Below are positions 12,750 to 24,499 of a stretch of 64,000 bases of DNA, one piece after another. Both the position numbers and the translations under genes were made by a program. The DNA comes from Trichoplax adhaerens. Lineage: Eukaryota; Animalia; Placozoa. Every line of letters begins with the position of its first letter. Within the stretch, counting starts at the first letter, position 1. Location: contig NW_002060955.1 of NCBI RefSeq assembly GCF_000150275.1, forward strand, positions 1,532,287-1,596,286, given 5' to 3'. The notes under the pieces were generated by a model. The model was not told where the DNA came from. It made no database searches and was given only the letters and a program-made list of their open reading frames with translations.

Positions 12750-15140
12750 CTCAAACAATAATATTATTGTCGTCTTTCAAAGGTAGGAAATTAGGGGGGA
12801 AACACAAAGTTATTTAGAATTTAGCAAACACTTATAAAATCAATTTAAAATTACAATAAGAGCAGAATTACTGCTTCAACCAATCAAACTAGCATCGCAA
12901 AATAAGATTTACTCACATTTTTAGCAAAATCCTAATCTTCACTTTTTATCTTGATCTAAGACTTGAACTACTAATCTACTGAACTATGCCACCTTTTATT
13001 TTCTACGCAGAGCTATTAGTGCTATCAGACCATCAAATCGCTATTCTAAAGTTTTCTAAATGAAACTAGCAATTAAACACATATGATCAGATAAATTGTA
13101 CCTTAGATTCCCAACATTACTAAATCTAAAAATGGTACTTTTCTACATTATATAATATATAACTAAAAAAGACTAAGACAGACTAACAATCTTAAATTAG
13201 GACCCAGATTGAAACGATTGGGTTTACCCTGTATTCAATAGCGAAGTAATATTATTTCTATTGTATTTTGTAATCAAAGTTGGCTACAAGTTTTTATCAT
13301 AACTAAAGTATGAGTATTATACTGGTTAAAAATATCAGATAAATTACAATCTAACATCGTGATATTCTTATCGAAATTATACTACAGAATATTCTTAAGT
13401 TCTAACCCGAATAAAGGAGTTGCGTTTACAATATGCTACGATACTATGTTAAACCTCCTATAGTTAAACCAAATTAAGTTATTTTCAAAGCTACAATACT
13501 TATTAAATTAGCAATAAATCTTGAAGAAGAATTCTAAAAATTAAGCTTCATTACATAAGTATAAAGTCAATGATAGCAAATTAATGTTGGGAAATATTTA
13601 TTATACCACAGAATGATTATTTATAATTCACATTTACGACCATTACTATATACGTACACCGATGAGATTAATGTGCTCTTATAAGCACATTCATGCTGAA
13701 AGGAACTCAAATTGATATTGTTGATAACTGTCAACGACAATAAATCCGTTATTATCCATTCACTAATCGAAAATCATACGAAATGGAGATAAATATGATA
13801 GCATTTAACTGCGTACAATTTTAAAAATAAATAAATATTACACATCGATCAACAATATCTTCTAATTAAATAATTTAAAATCAAATAGCTTTACATAGCT
13901 TATTTCCTGACAGATGGTCAGCTTGGGTCAGCCATTAAAATTTATGTTTTTAATTCGTGAATCCAGTTAAGTAAATTTCTTCTTCAAACTAGTACCATTA
14001 GCAATACTAGATCTCAGTGTAATAGAAAATCGTATATATGTATACATAACGCCTATTATTATATTAACTAATCATAAGAGAAGCTCATAGAATTAATAAG
14101 ATTTTATTAGGCCATAACTGTAAAACTAAATAGGCGGTCATTGTCCTATATCAGTTGTTATTTACCCGTATGATGTTAGAGTGCTTCGAGTGCGATATGG
14201 AAATTACATTTGCTATATTTGTTATTGATTAAAAAGTGATCAGATAGTTGAATTTGTACCAAGATACTTATTTGATTAGATTATTTACTAATCAACAAGA
14301 TAGGCAAGAAATAATGTTGCTGATGATAATTCCAATGGCAAAGGACATTTAAGAGCTTAAAGTGTTGATGTATGAGTTAATCTCTATACAAACAAGTGCA
14401 GCTAGAGCTATGAAAAAATCTTTGCATTACAGTTTTTAAATTTCAGGCTACATAAAGTTATAAGTATTCAAGAAAGTTCATTAGACTAATATACTTGGAC
14501 TCATATAAACTTGTTAGTATTGATTTGTAACAAAACAGCAGCATCCATTTGCTATATGCATCTTACATATACATGGAAGTTGTCTAACGAAGTGGTGATA
14601 GGTAAGCTTTATTACTAGCAGTAGCTAGAACTAGGTAATATTTATTACATATTTACCTAGCTTCTGCATATTCTAAGTGTTTTAGAATCGAATCTAATTA
14701 TTCTTTAATATGTACGAGTTCGTTTGAACGTTTTGTAATTCATGAGTTTATCCAGCAATATTCTTCCAAAATTATGATTATTTTATGTGCTATGTTTGCG
14801 ATATTTGATAGTAAGCAAAAGTGATAGAACGATTATTAGCTGTTCAATACTCTCAGATATCTTTCTTTCTCAGTAATCTGACGAAACTTAATCCATCAGA
14901 CCGCGACACTGTTCAGTATAACGTAAAATTTGGTCAGACGTTGCAAGGATGTTCCAGAATCTATAACACTTATTGCTACTTCTACGTAAATCTCGTAGCA
15001 AAAAATATTATAAATGCAATGCAGCATTATAAGCCTATATTATTTAATTTTTTTGTAGGAAGTCAGATATCTTCAAATTGCAATTATTTACCTATTTTAT
15101 TGCACATCACTTGTAGAGCCAAAATACGTAGGGGATGATC
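12750..15140 (+). pseudogene. Decayed LRR-TM-TIR-TIR (Toll-like receptor-like) ghost 1
   Basis: By-eye motifs across frameshifts: LRR-like ELLVLSDHQIAIL (13010) and LTRIKELRLQY (13402); TIR box1-like YLFD/LFTNQQDRQEIMLLMIIPM..ELKVLMYE (14265-14376); second TIR-like NILPKL*LFYVLCLRY (14757) and IERLLAVQYSQISFFLS (ORF 14821). Boundaries approximate. Confidence 0.5.
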
Positions 15141-17846
15141 ATGATATCCTGCATACATTTCATTAAGCTTTCAAAATACGTGATATGGCCCATCGTAGAA
15201 TTAGTAGCAAAGATTCTGCGACAAACACCCACATATTAATTGTGAATTATTTTTGTAGTGTAATTGATAGTTAAGCAACACGTAATATCTTATTAATTAA
15301 TATAATTTTACTTCTGTTTATACAGCCATGACCTCTATTTGTCTCTAATTCAGAATTATTAAAATTAGTTAAGAATATACGGTTAACATTAATGTTTGTC
15401 ATATATGATCAATAGTAAAAATAATTGTTAAAAGTAATGCAATATTTATTAAATTATCAATATTTACGAGCCAATTTCGTATAAATGAAGCAAAAACTTG
15501 AAGATACAGAGATCATAATGCATAATGATAAATATGATTTGTATTCAAGTATAGTTAATTAGAAATTAGATAATGAAATTTATTATTGCATTCATAACAC
15601 TATCGACATAAATACCCGATTTATAAAGATATATGTATAAGTACAATTAAACTATTAATGTCGAAAGAATTATCCATTCTTTATCATGTTAGATATAATA
15701 CATATTTAATACCTAAAACTTGGCAATTTAACTAGGATGAAACAATCAAAAATTACTTGCTTTTCATAATTTCATTTAATTTGTCTATTTTATATAATGG
15801 ATATAAAGATTAAACAGTCGTTGCAGTTATTTTTCATTAAATTTTCTACATTCTGCTTCGATAGTTTGAAAATAAAAATTAAGCAATAATCCGATCAATT
15901 ATAGAACATTTTTCTATTTTTTAATACCTCTACATGTAGAAGCAATTCAATATTAGGCAAAACAATCTTACATCGATTATACTACATTTTTACCTCCTAA
16001 GATAAAAGCTATCTATACTGTATACAAAAACTGCACCAAACACGAACAATCCTAGCCGTAACCTAACTATTACCGATACTATACGTTAAATAAATGATGC
16101 AAAATCTTAATATTGTACATTATCTGTGTCCATAATGTTGATAGTTGACTACTTACCACAGCCAAATATACTATGCTTAAGATAATTATACTTTACTACT
16201 TCAAATTGCAATGATTGTTTTATCCAACTAGAGGAAGTACCGTAATAGTTTATGATATAATATGATGTGTTCTTTAATTATAATAAAAGTTATCAAAGAA
16301 AAGGCAGCCATAACCTGTTTTATGAATCCAAGTGCTTACTTTATTACAATGTATAACAGCACCTCTTGCTAAGTAGATGATATTAAAATCGTCGTAAAGA
16401 TGTGTAATTGATAAAGGATAACAAATGGACTTTTAAAATTGATCGAAAAGTATGTCCTATATGTAATTTGGTAAAAAAATACGGTTAAAGTACAACAGCT
16501 TGTTAATTTCAAGAAAGTTGTTATTACAAAGCTGAAATTATTAGCATTGTGATATGTTATGCTAAAATTGAAAGCAATTTAAGACGATGTTATTTTCACA
16601 TACATAAAACTAACTAGATTAAACTATCAGGCTTTAATCAGATACATGAATGTTTCGTTTGCAGATTGCATGCTAGTCATCGAAAATTTTAGTCCCATAA
16701 AGGTAAGTCTTTCTGAATATGACCTGATAGCGGCTATTAGCAATACCTGCTACCCAATTTAATTTAAGAATAGTAATTTGGATATCGTTTACTGTTTTAG
16801 TAATATTTTGCAATCAGAATGCAAGGCTAAATAAATTCGACTAGTCACAAGAACGCCGAAGTATTGTTAAAAATTGAGGTAAATAACAAAATAATCAATT
16901 GATGTTATAATTAAATTTGCAAGACAATGCCTAATATCGATAAGTTTACATTACTTTGCTAATAAATCATGCTAATACGGTAGTATCGAAACATCGCCTA
17001 CCTTTGCATAAAAAAAATTCTATTAGATACAATAGCCACACAAAAAATATAGAATATTTTAGTTGTAACTTATTATTACTGATATTAGTTAGAGTGTTAT
17101 TAATATAATATATAGATCAAATTTTAAGAATTCGCTTAAAGATTGAATTGAGATTCTTTAATTCTACATTTTAGGTAATTTTTTTCCGAATCTATCAGAA
17201 TACTATTTTTTTAGTCTCTAATTTATCCGTTACTTACTAATCAACTAATGCAATACCAGTAGTTTGCATTATTTCTAATTGCTATTCTTTACTAGTCATC
17301 CGCACTTATTTATAAGAGAAGCTATAATTTAACATGTTAACAGTTACCGTAGTAGATACATTAGGGTCATTGAATACGTAGCATTCGTTCATCTCATATT
17401 GTTTCATCAAATTGCTTGCGTAAATTAGCTGACCGGAAGGATGTTAAAAATTTTCGAAAGGCCATTATTAGTGTCTTTGAAAGATAATCAGCAAACAAAG
17501 GTCATATATTGTCTATCTGAGTAATTTAAAATTCTGACTACAGTAAAGGCAATCTATCGCTAAAGTATAAACGTAGGAATTGTGATCTAGATGAGTCATA
17601 CACAGGACAAAATTTTGCAATCCACAAAGATCTAACACTCTACTGCTGTCTGGAACCCTAACTAATAAACTGGTATTGCTTTCACCAACGGGTGTGTTTA
17701 ATCTATGTAACTTAATAATATAACTTTATCTAATTTACCAACCAGATTAGTATCTAGTTTAAAAGATTAAAATTGAATAATATGGTTTGAGCCTTTTATC
17801 ATTGAGAACAGTAATTATATACAGAATTTGATATTGATTATTAGCG

Positions 17847-18884
17847 ATGACTCAAGCGAATCAATCGCTTGCTAATTTTTTTTCGGTGCTTTATGCTTCT
17901 GCAGCTATTGCCGTTGTTCCTTTATCGGTTATAGGTTTGCTAGCTAATTTATTTGTACTTTATATCTTTATCACGGAGAAATTTTTTCGTAAAGTAACCT
18001 ATCAGTTGATATTAATATCAGCCACGACGGATACAATCTCATCGATAACCTACATCTGTGTCTATAGTCAAATTGCTGCCAAATCGTTGAATTTAACCTC
18101 TGGTACAATCATGTGCAAATGCTTGTTCTTCATTACTATGACATCTTATGCGATATCAATTATGAACTTAAGCTTGATCGCCTTAGATCGTTATTTTGCT
18201 ATTGTAAAACCGTGGGCCAGATTTTATCGTTTGCATCGGAATCAATTTGTGATGATATGTGAAGTTATCATTTGGATTATGGCAATTATAATCAATTTTC
18301 CGTTACTTATCATTGGTAAAGCTTCCCTTCAAGGAACAGTTATGTGTGATATAACGGAAGTATCGACTCTGCAGTCTGTCTACTTTATTGCTTTTGCCGT
18401 ACTTTTGTACATCTTGCCGTCGTTTGCCATTAGCATCATTTACTGGCGAATTATAGTCCATCAAAAAAATTATGTTCACCCTGGCCATGCACTACAAAAT
18501 CAACTTAAGGAGATGCAAATGCGTAAAAAGAAATTTATTACTGCCTTAATAAGTATTACAACAAGTTATATCTTGACCACTTGGCCATTTTTTGCTACTG
18601 CAATAGGAGTTGCTGTAACTCAAAAGACAATATTACAAATTCGTGAGAGTAGTTCAGCTGCCTTCTTATTGGCATTCTTTTCCTATCCAGCAACAACAAG
18701 TATTACAATTTGGAATCCATTTATTTACTTGAAATTCGACTACAACGTTCGAGCAAGCGCAAAAGCTATCTGCCAGCGAGTAGGCATGATATCAGAGCAA
18801 AGAGTTCTAAGAATGATGGTTAATGAGGATAAGGAGCATCAGAAACTAAGTCGTAATACATCAATGGAATTTATCCGTGCATAA
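17847..18884 (+). CDS. Intronless class A GPCR, array member 2
   Basis: 345 aa; LIALDRYFAIVKP, HQKNYVHPG, TTWPFF, NPFIY; TM6-TM7 nearly identical to member 1 (FLLAFFSYPATTSIT). Confidence 0.95.
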   Translation: MTQANQSLANFFSVLYASAAIAVVPLSVIGLLANLFVLYIFITEKFFRKVTYQLILISATTDTISSITYICVYSQIAAKSLNLTSGTIMCKCLFFITMTSYAISIMNLSLIALDRYFAIVKPWARFYRLHRNQFVMICEVIIWIMAIIINFPLLIIGKASLQGTVMCDITEVSTLQSVYFIAFAVLLYILPSFAISIIYWRIIVHQKNYVHPGHALQNQLKEMQMRKKKFITALISITTSYILTTWPFFATAIGVAVTQKTILQIRESSSAAFLLAFFSYPATTSITIWNPFIYLKFDYNVRASAKAICQRVGMISEQRVLRMMVNEDKEHQKLSRNTSMEFIRA

Positions 18885-20301
18885 AATACTAATCGCTTTT
18901 GCAATGAAATAATATAGGATTAAAATTTCACAACACGTTAAAAATTTGAATATTTTTGATTGTAATATATGTTACGGTTCATAGAGCTGTTTTGCCTGTC
19001 ACGAAATTACAGACTATAGATAATTGTAATGAATGTCTATAGAAATTTATCGGTTTATACTGGCTGAATCTTTATAATTATGTACTTCAATCATCCTTTT
19101 ACTATTTTTACTTGTTTACTACCAAGATGGTTAAATATTTAGAAAGTATGATGTGTTTAATAGTATTCAATAACAATATCAAAAGGCCTAAATCTATTTT
19201 TTTAGATTAAATATTAATAGTTTTCAATCTACTAGACGATCGAAAGGTCATATTGAAAGTAAAATATTTAACAAGCTGCTAGTTTAACTTCTAAGCGCAT
19301 AAAAGTCATATTTGAAGCTGAAGCCCTGTATCTGATGTTACGTAAACCTTTGCAGTTTGTGTTTTATAATTCATTCCACAATTTAATGCACATTTTATAA
19401 TTTTATAACTTATTAGAAAAGTTAAGATTTTACACTACTCTATCACGCTAATAAATTTAATTTGGCATTAAAGCCGCAGTGGTCATGGATTTGCATTTTA
19501 TTACGTATAACATATATTAGTGCTGATGTTGGTATCATAGCCATGCACTCTACATAAATGAAAGAGGTTATGTTTGGCTTGCGATAAAAACCGGATATCT
19601 TGCAACATAAAATACAAATCTAGGTATGTAAAGCTGCAGATTAAATCTATCTACGGTTTTAATAGACACTATTATTAGCTTGTTAATAAAGAAACGCATT
19701 TACAGCTTTAAAAAAATAGCGTAATTTTTCTAGGTATGTAAGAACATGATAAATCGATCGCAAAATTTCGAAGCTTGTAGAAAATTAGAATCATAATAAA
19801 TTTCAATACAAATATATCCCATATATAGTTCTACTCTAGCCTAATAAACGTCAAGAAGGCTTTTAGGAAGAATAATTGATTAATTTGCAGTTGTCTGCTT
19901 ATAAATTTTCATACCGTTTGTAGCTGTAATCGGCAGAACAATATTCTACAATGTCTTACAATGACCTAGGTTAAGCAATAATTTGCATTATACATATTCT
20001 ACGACGGATGATTTACAATTTATTGCGGCAGTAGCTACACTACTTATACCGATATATTTTCCAATTAGCCACCGTGTGATGAAGTATCCATATTCTAACA
20101 TACGAAGTACGTATCAATCTTTTTCCTCTAGCATTAATTGTTACTCAATACTTTAATCTACATAGTCATCTGTATTCTAACATTGAATTTTTATTTGTAG
20201 TATATATTATGAGTAACTAAATATGGCTTACGCTATATCGAGTAAGCCAAGCTACTATACATCCTACCAATAATCTGCTATCCAATGCTAAGTTATGTTA
20301 C

Positions 20302-21371
20302 TGTAAAGCTTGGATTTTATAACCCCTTAGGTTCGCAATCGTTTAACTCAAAGTTTGAATTATTAAAATTGAGCAAATCTCTAACATGACACAAGATCAG
20401 GTAAACGCCGTGTTTAACCTAAAAAGTATTCGTTTATTAATGGAACGCTTAATAAGAGAAGGATACACTTTTCTTCCCTCATAATAATAGTCGAAAGTAA
20501 CTAAGATAAACCAGATAAGGTGCGACTTAGTCTCCATGATAACAATTCCATATTACCGAACAGTTACATTAAAATATTACACAAAAATATCTCCTAATAT
20601 AGCTATCTACAGCTCTGTTGCGAGCTAGGAATAGCCCTAATTTGCAACGAGGATTGAGAGGGTGATATCTATCCTTTACTACTGTTATTTGGAATACCAG
20701 ACAATTGTTATTCCAAAGCAGATAGGATTTAACACAGGGAGACCTTCAAGACTTACTAGAAAATCACAATCTAATTTATTGTTGGTGGACTCGCCGTTTA
20801 TATAGGTTCCTACCTAAAGCCGGTTTAGCTACACAAGTCACCTCGTCTATCAGAAATTAGCCTAATTAATACCCTACAGAGATTCTATCTGTACAGATTA
20901 GATACAGCCTAATCCTATTAAATTTACGGTAACGGTATTAAAACAATCAATGCTTATTAATTGTTTAACAGATACATATATAGCTATCCTACTAAGACAT
21001 TTCCTTGAACTAAGGAATTTTACTATGAAGCGTAACAACCTTCGAGGCGATAGATATAATCCAGTTTAGCAGTTGGCAATTGCTGTTTTAGTTTATGTAA
21101 TTCTAAGTTAAGGATATCAACCGTTATACATTAAAATTACAATTAAGGAGACCGTAAAACATTTCTGAGGTACAAATATATAAAGAATGTAACATAGAAA
21201 TAATGTATATGTCACGAAGATTGCTTTCGTGACACGCACATAATATGAATAGTATAAGTCAACCTTTTCATCATCAGTAATCATGATTTTACCTTATAAG
21301 CATAGCAGACTATTCATTTTCTTAATGCAACCGTACTTCAATTACTACTGTAATTAGCTGAAACTAGTAGA
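20302..21371 (-). mobile_element. Solo LTR family C (interrupted by D)
   Basis: TSD GTTAC (20297-20301 / 21372-21376); homologous to 275-731. Confidence 0.85.
20616..21234 (-). mobile_element. Solo LTR family D
   Basis: TGTTGC..GTGACA; homologous to 45148-45581; CCTATATAAA and AATAAA on minus strand; TSD degraded. Confidence 0.85.
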
Positions 21372-21543
21372 GTTACGAAGATCTATCGTTAATCGATCAC
21401 TGAAAAAACTAACTTATTGTCATAATTTATGAAAACATATCGCCAACAATGTGATCTACGGAAAGATTTCTGAAGCCGATTTTAGCTAAACTAAGTGTCG
21501 CGATATTATAATTGTCGTGACGCAAAAATAAAATCAGATTATG

Positions 21544-21728
21544 TTAAAGTATAGTGATAGTATATATTTTGTGTTAAGATATTGTGATAACTACTATTTG
21601 CATTAAAATATATTGAAAATAGATATCTTGTTAACGATATTGTGATAATTGATATCTGGTATTAAAGTACAGTGATTGTGGATTTCTTGTGTTTGGATAT
21701 TGCGATAATTCATATTTAGCTTTAAAGT
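21544..21728. repeat. Degenerate tandem repeat, ~59-bp unit x3
   Basis: TTAAA(G/A)T..GATATTG(T/C)GATAA units start at 21544, 21603, 21662, with a partial fourth at 21722. Confidence 0.75.
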
Positions 21729-22099
21729 TTAGTAAAAATGGGCATTTTGTCTTAAGGTATTATTAAAATTGATGCTGTGGATATGTAATCTATTTGTAAA
21801 TTTCAGAAAGTATATAATGATACTGTAAAATAAATGGACAAAAAGTAAGAAATTTCTTAATTTATCTACATAACTTGCATTACTACATTTTTGTAGACTA
21901 TGCTGCGGTAGAGAATGGGGGATTAGGGAGCTATCTACAAAGTACATTAAAGTTATTTGAGTAGAAGCACCTAGCCTTGCGGTTGCTGATAGTATATACA
22001 GTGGCCATAAGACATAAGTAGAAGAACAGTGTAAGTTTACATAGTTAAAGATTTCTTGTATTGCCATGGTGCTTGTGATATGCAGCGATACAAAATAGA

Positions 22100-23520
22100 G
22101 AATATTACATATTATTAAAAGCGCTATCAGCTACCTTATAATTTATGTGAGTCATTTTTGCTACAATTTAGTCAGTTTCATTGCATAATATATTAGTTTT
22201 TAGATAACATCTACTTTTTGCTACTCCCCAAGTATTAAAAGGTCAATTGTGATATATTACTGGTTTTAAACTCGTGACCGAATGTAATGTAACTTAGTAT
22301 TGTGATTGTAGACTGTTAGCCATGTCTAGTATAATGTACGGTAGATATTTATCCTAAGAGATATTTGGTAGCTGTAACTATAGACTGTAGTGGTAGAGAC
22401 TCTATGCTAGAGTACAGATGACTATATATAGTAAGCTGTTGAGTTACTAATATGGCTATAGGTAAAAATAGAACTGTAAATCATATATTAGGATATGGTT
22501 AATTCATTGTACTTTGGCTGGTGTGAATAATGTCTACGTAAGTACTGTAGTCGTATCCATATTGGATTAGTGATGGTCCGCAGTAGAATAGTCTTACTAA
22601 GAATAATTTAACTATGTGTAAAATAAGGTATAAGGTTGCCATGCGGATTGTAGCTGCGAATGCTACGGAAAGTATAAAAGCATGCAACTTTAGATTATTC
22701 TGTTAGTTCGTTCTAGAAGTCTTTAGAAGTAGTATTCGGTTAGAGTAGAGCTGTGTAGTTAATCTTTGTATAAGATTCAATAAAGCCTTTATTTTTCTAA
22801 AATTTGGAATTTCGTGATTGGTATATATCACACCAAATTACTGATGAAAAATTTACCGATCAAATCGGCTGCGCTGACTTAAAAACGATATAGAACCGTA
22901 CAAGCGATTATACGGAATGACGTTATTTTAGCAGCACCGCTTTCGGTAAAGTTAATCAGTAAATTACATAAAAACTTGGTCAGATTCCTAACTGTAGAAT
23001 ATGAATGTAATAATTTTTCACTTCAAGATATCAAACATGCCTAAATTTCCTCTCTCAATAAACAATCAATGAAAATTTTACTAAAAAAAGCATAAAACAG
23101 AGCAATGTCGAAGTGACAGAGATGATCAATTAGTAAATTTATAATTATATTAAATTCTTTGAATCGGCCCTCATATCATTTTCAACCAATACTCCAACTG
23201 CAAACGATTTAAATTAAGCAGATACGACGTTGTTCATAAACTAGATCATAACAAAACTTCTTCTGCTACTCTACTGAAGGTTTAAAATGACACGAAAAAT
23301 TTATAAGAGCAAATTTTGCTATTGTTTCTATGTCGATTTAAGATACCATATCATAGTAATAATAGTTCTCCTAGGCGGTTGAAACTTCTAACAACAATAA
23401 CAAAAGTTTATCAAAATCAAAGACTAAAAATTAGCTTACTTGCTTAAGTGCGATAATACCTAACTTGTTTACAACATAACGATTTTGAACCCAATTCTTA
23501 GATTTTCGGAACATCACTTA
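22100..23520 (+). pseudogene. Highly decayed GPCR pseudogene split by a young solo LTR
   Basis: Colinear remnants: NIYFLLLPKY*KVNCDILLV (22206; cf. NIFLLILFITDKYFRKATYDLLL), SALISF (23164; cf. SAYLISF), EKFIRANFAIVS (23294), NITILNPIL (23473; cf. SITILNP). Boundaries approximate. Confidence 0.6.
22283..22832 (+). mobile_element. Young solo LTR family H
   Basis: TGTAAT..ATCACA, TSD CCGAA/CCAAA; TATAAAA ~22673, AATAAA 22779. Confidence 0.93.
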
Positions 23521-24499
23521 AACCTACAAGGCTTAGTATGGGAACAAATTTCTGTAATTGATATTCCCTTCCTGGAAGCTGAAAACAATATGTCTTAATA
23601 ATTAAAAAAATCAATTGTACAGATCTAAAATTATTACTTTAACTATCCAACATTTATCATTTTTTTATTAAGTTACGTTTTATTTACAGCTGCACGATAT
23701 GTCGATGCGCTCTAACATCTTTCTAACAAATTCTCTAAGCAGTGCTAACGTATGCTATTTCTAATCTACAGATGAACAGTGTAATGGTCTGGAATAAAAT
23801 TTAGTACACAATTAATAATCAGCTATACCAATTCGTCATAGATTTCTCAATATCATGTAAAAACGGAAGCAATACTATAATTGCCTAAAGTGCTGTGAAA
23901 CTAGCTATCCAGTTAACTACAGTATCCAATAAACTATTTATGATTATTATTTGCTGTTTTTCAACCGAATACTGTTGGTAAGTTTTATTCCAGTTGAAAT
24001 CCGCTTAAAATATAGCGCTGACCTGTCTATTTATCGCTCAGATGGTCGCATAATAGTTGCATTTCTTTGTAAAGTAAAAGTGATGCTTCCATCTTTAAAT
24101 GTCCAAAATTTATATTAATATGGTAGTTCCTCACGATATGACGGAGCTGAAATTATTCTCTAAGTATGCAATAATTCTTTTCTATTCTAGATTTATTCGA
24201 TTACCGCAAATTAATGATTATATAATGCAATGTAATTCATGACTAGTAGTCCATGAAACCCTCCTAATATATTATGCCTATATTGAGGTCGATCCTAAAA
24301 ATTAGATATCTTCAACATATGTATAATAATTGTTATTATGGCTGGCGATAACCTTTTATGTAGAGATATAGTACAGAAATAAAATTTACCTTTTGAATGA
24401 GAAAATAATAGGGATGATAACAAAATAATAACCGACAAATTTTTTGGTTAGAGTATTCATAAAAAAATTTGGAAATGGAATCAATTACTCTTATCAGTA

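Larger units (their letters stand above)
19745..21377 (-). mobile_element. Old family H-like solo LTR, outermost of a three-level nest
   Basis: 19745-20301 is a diverged match to 7935-8484; imperfect TSD AAGAA/AAGAT. Confidence 0.65.

Noticed and set aside
18303-18488. Antisense ORFs over GPCRs (also 30714-31004, 39384-39659, 56148-56369)
   Set aside because: Shadow frames of hydrophobic-codon-rich genes; no motifs.
21210-21234. Terminal hairpins as Helitron 3' ends or bacterial terminators
   Set aside because: The elements have TG..CA ends, 5-bp TSDs, TATA and AATAAA; there is no CTRR end and the context is eukaryotic.
21544-21728. CRISPR-like array
   Set aside because: Whole units are degenerate copies with no unique spacers; no cas genes.
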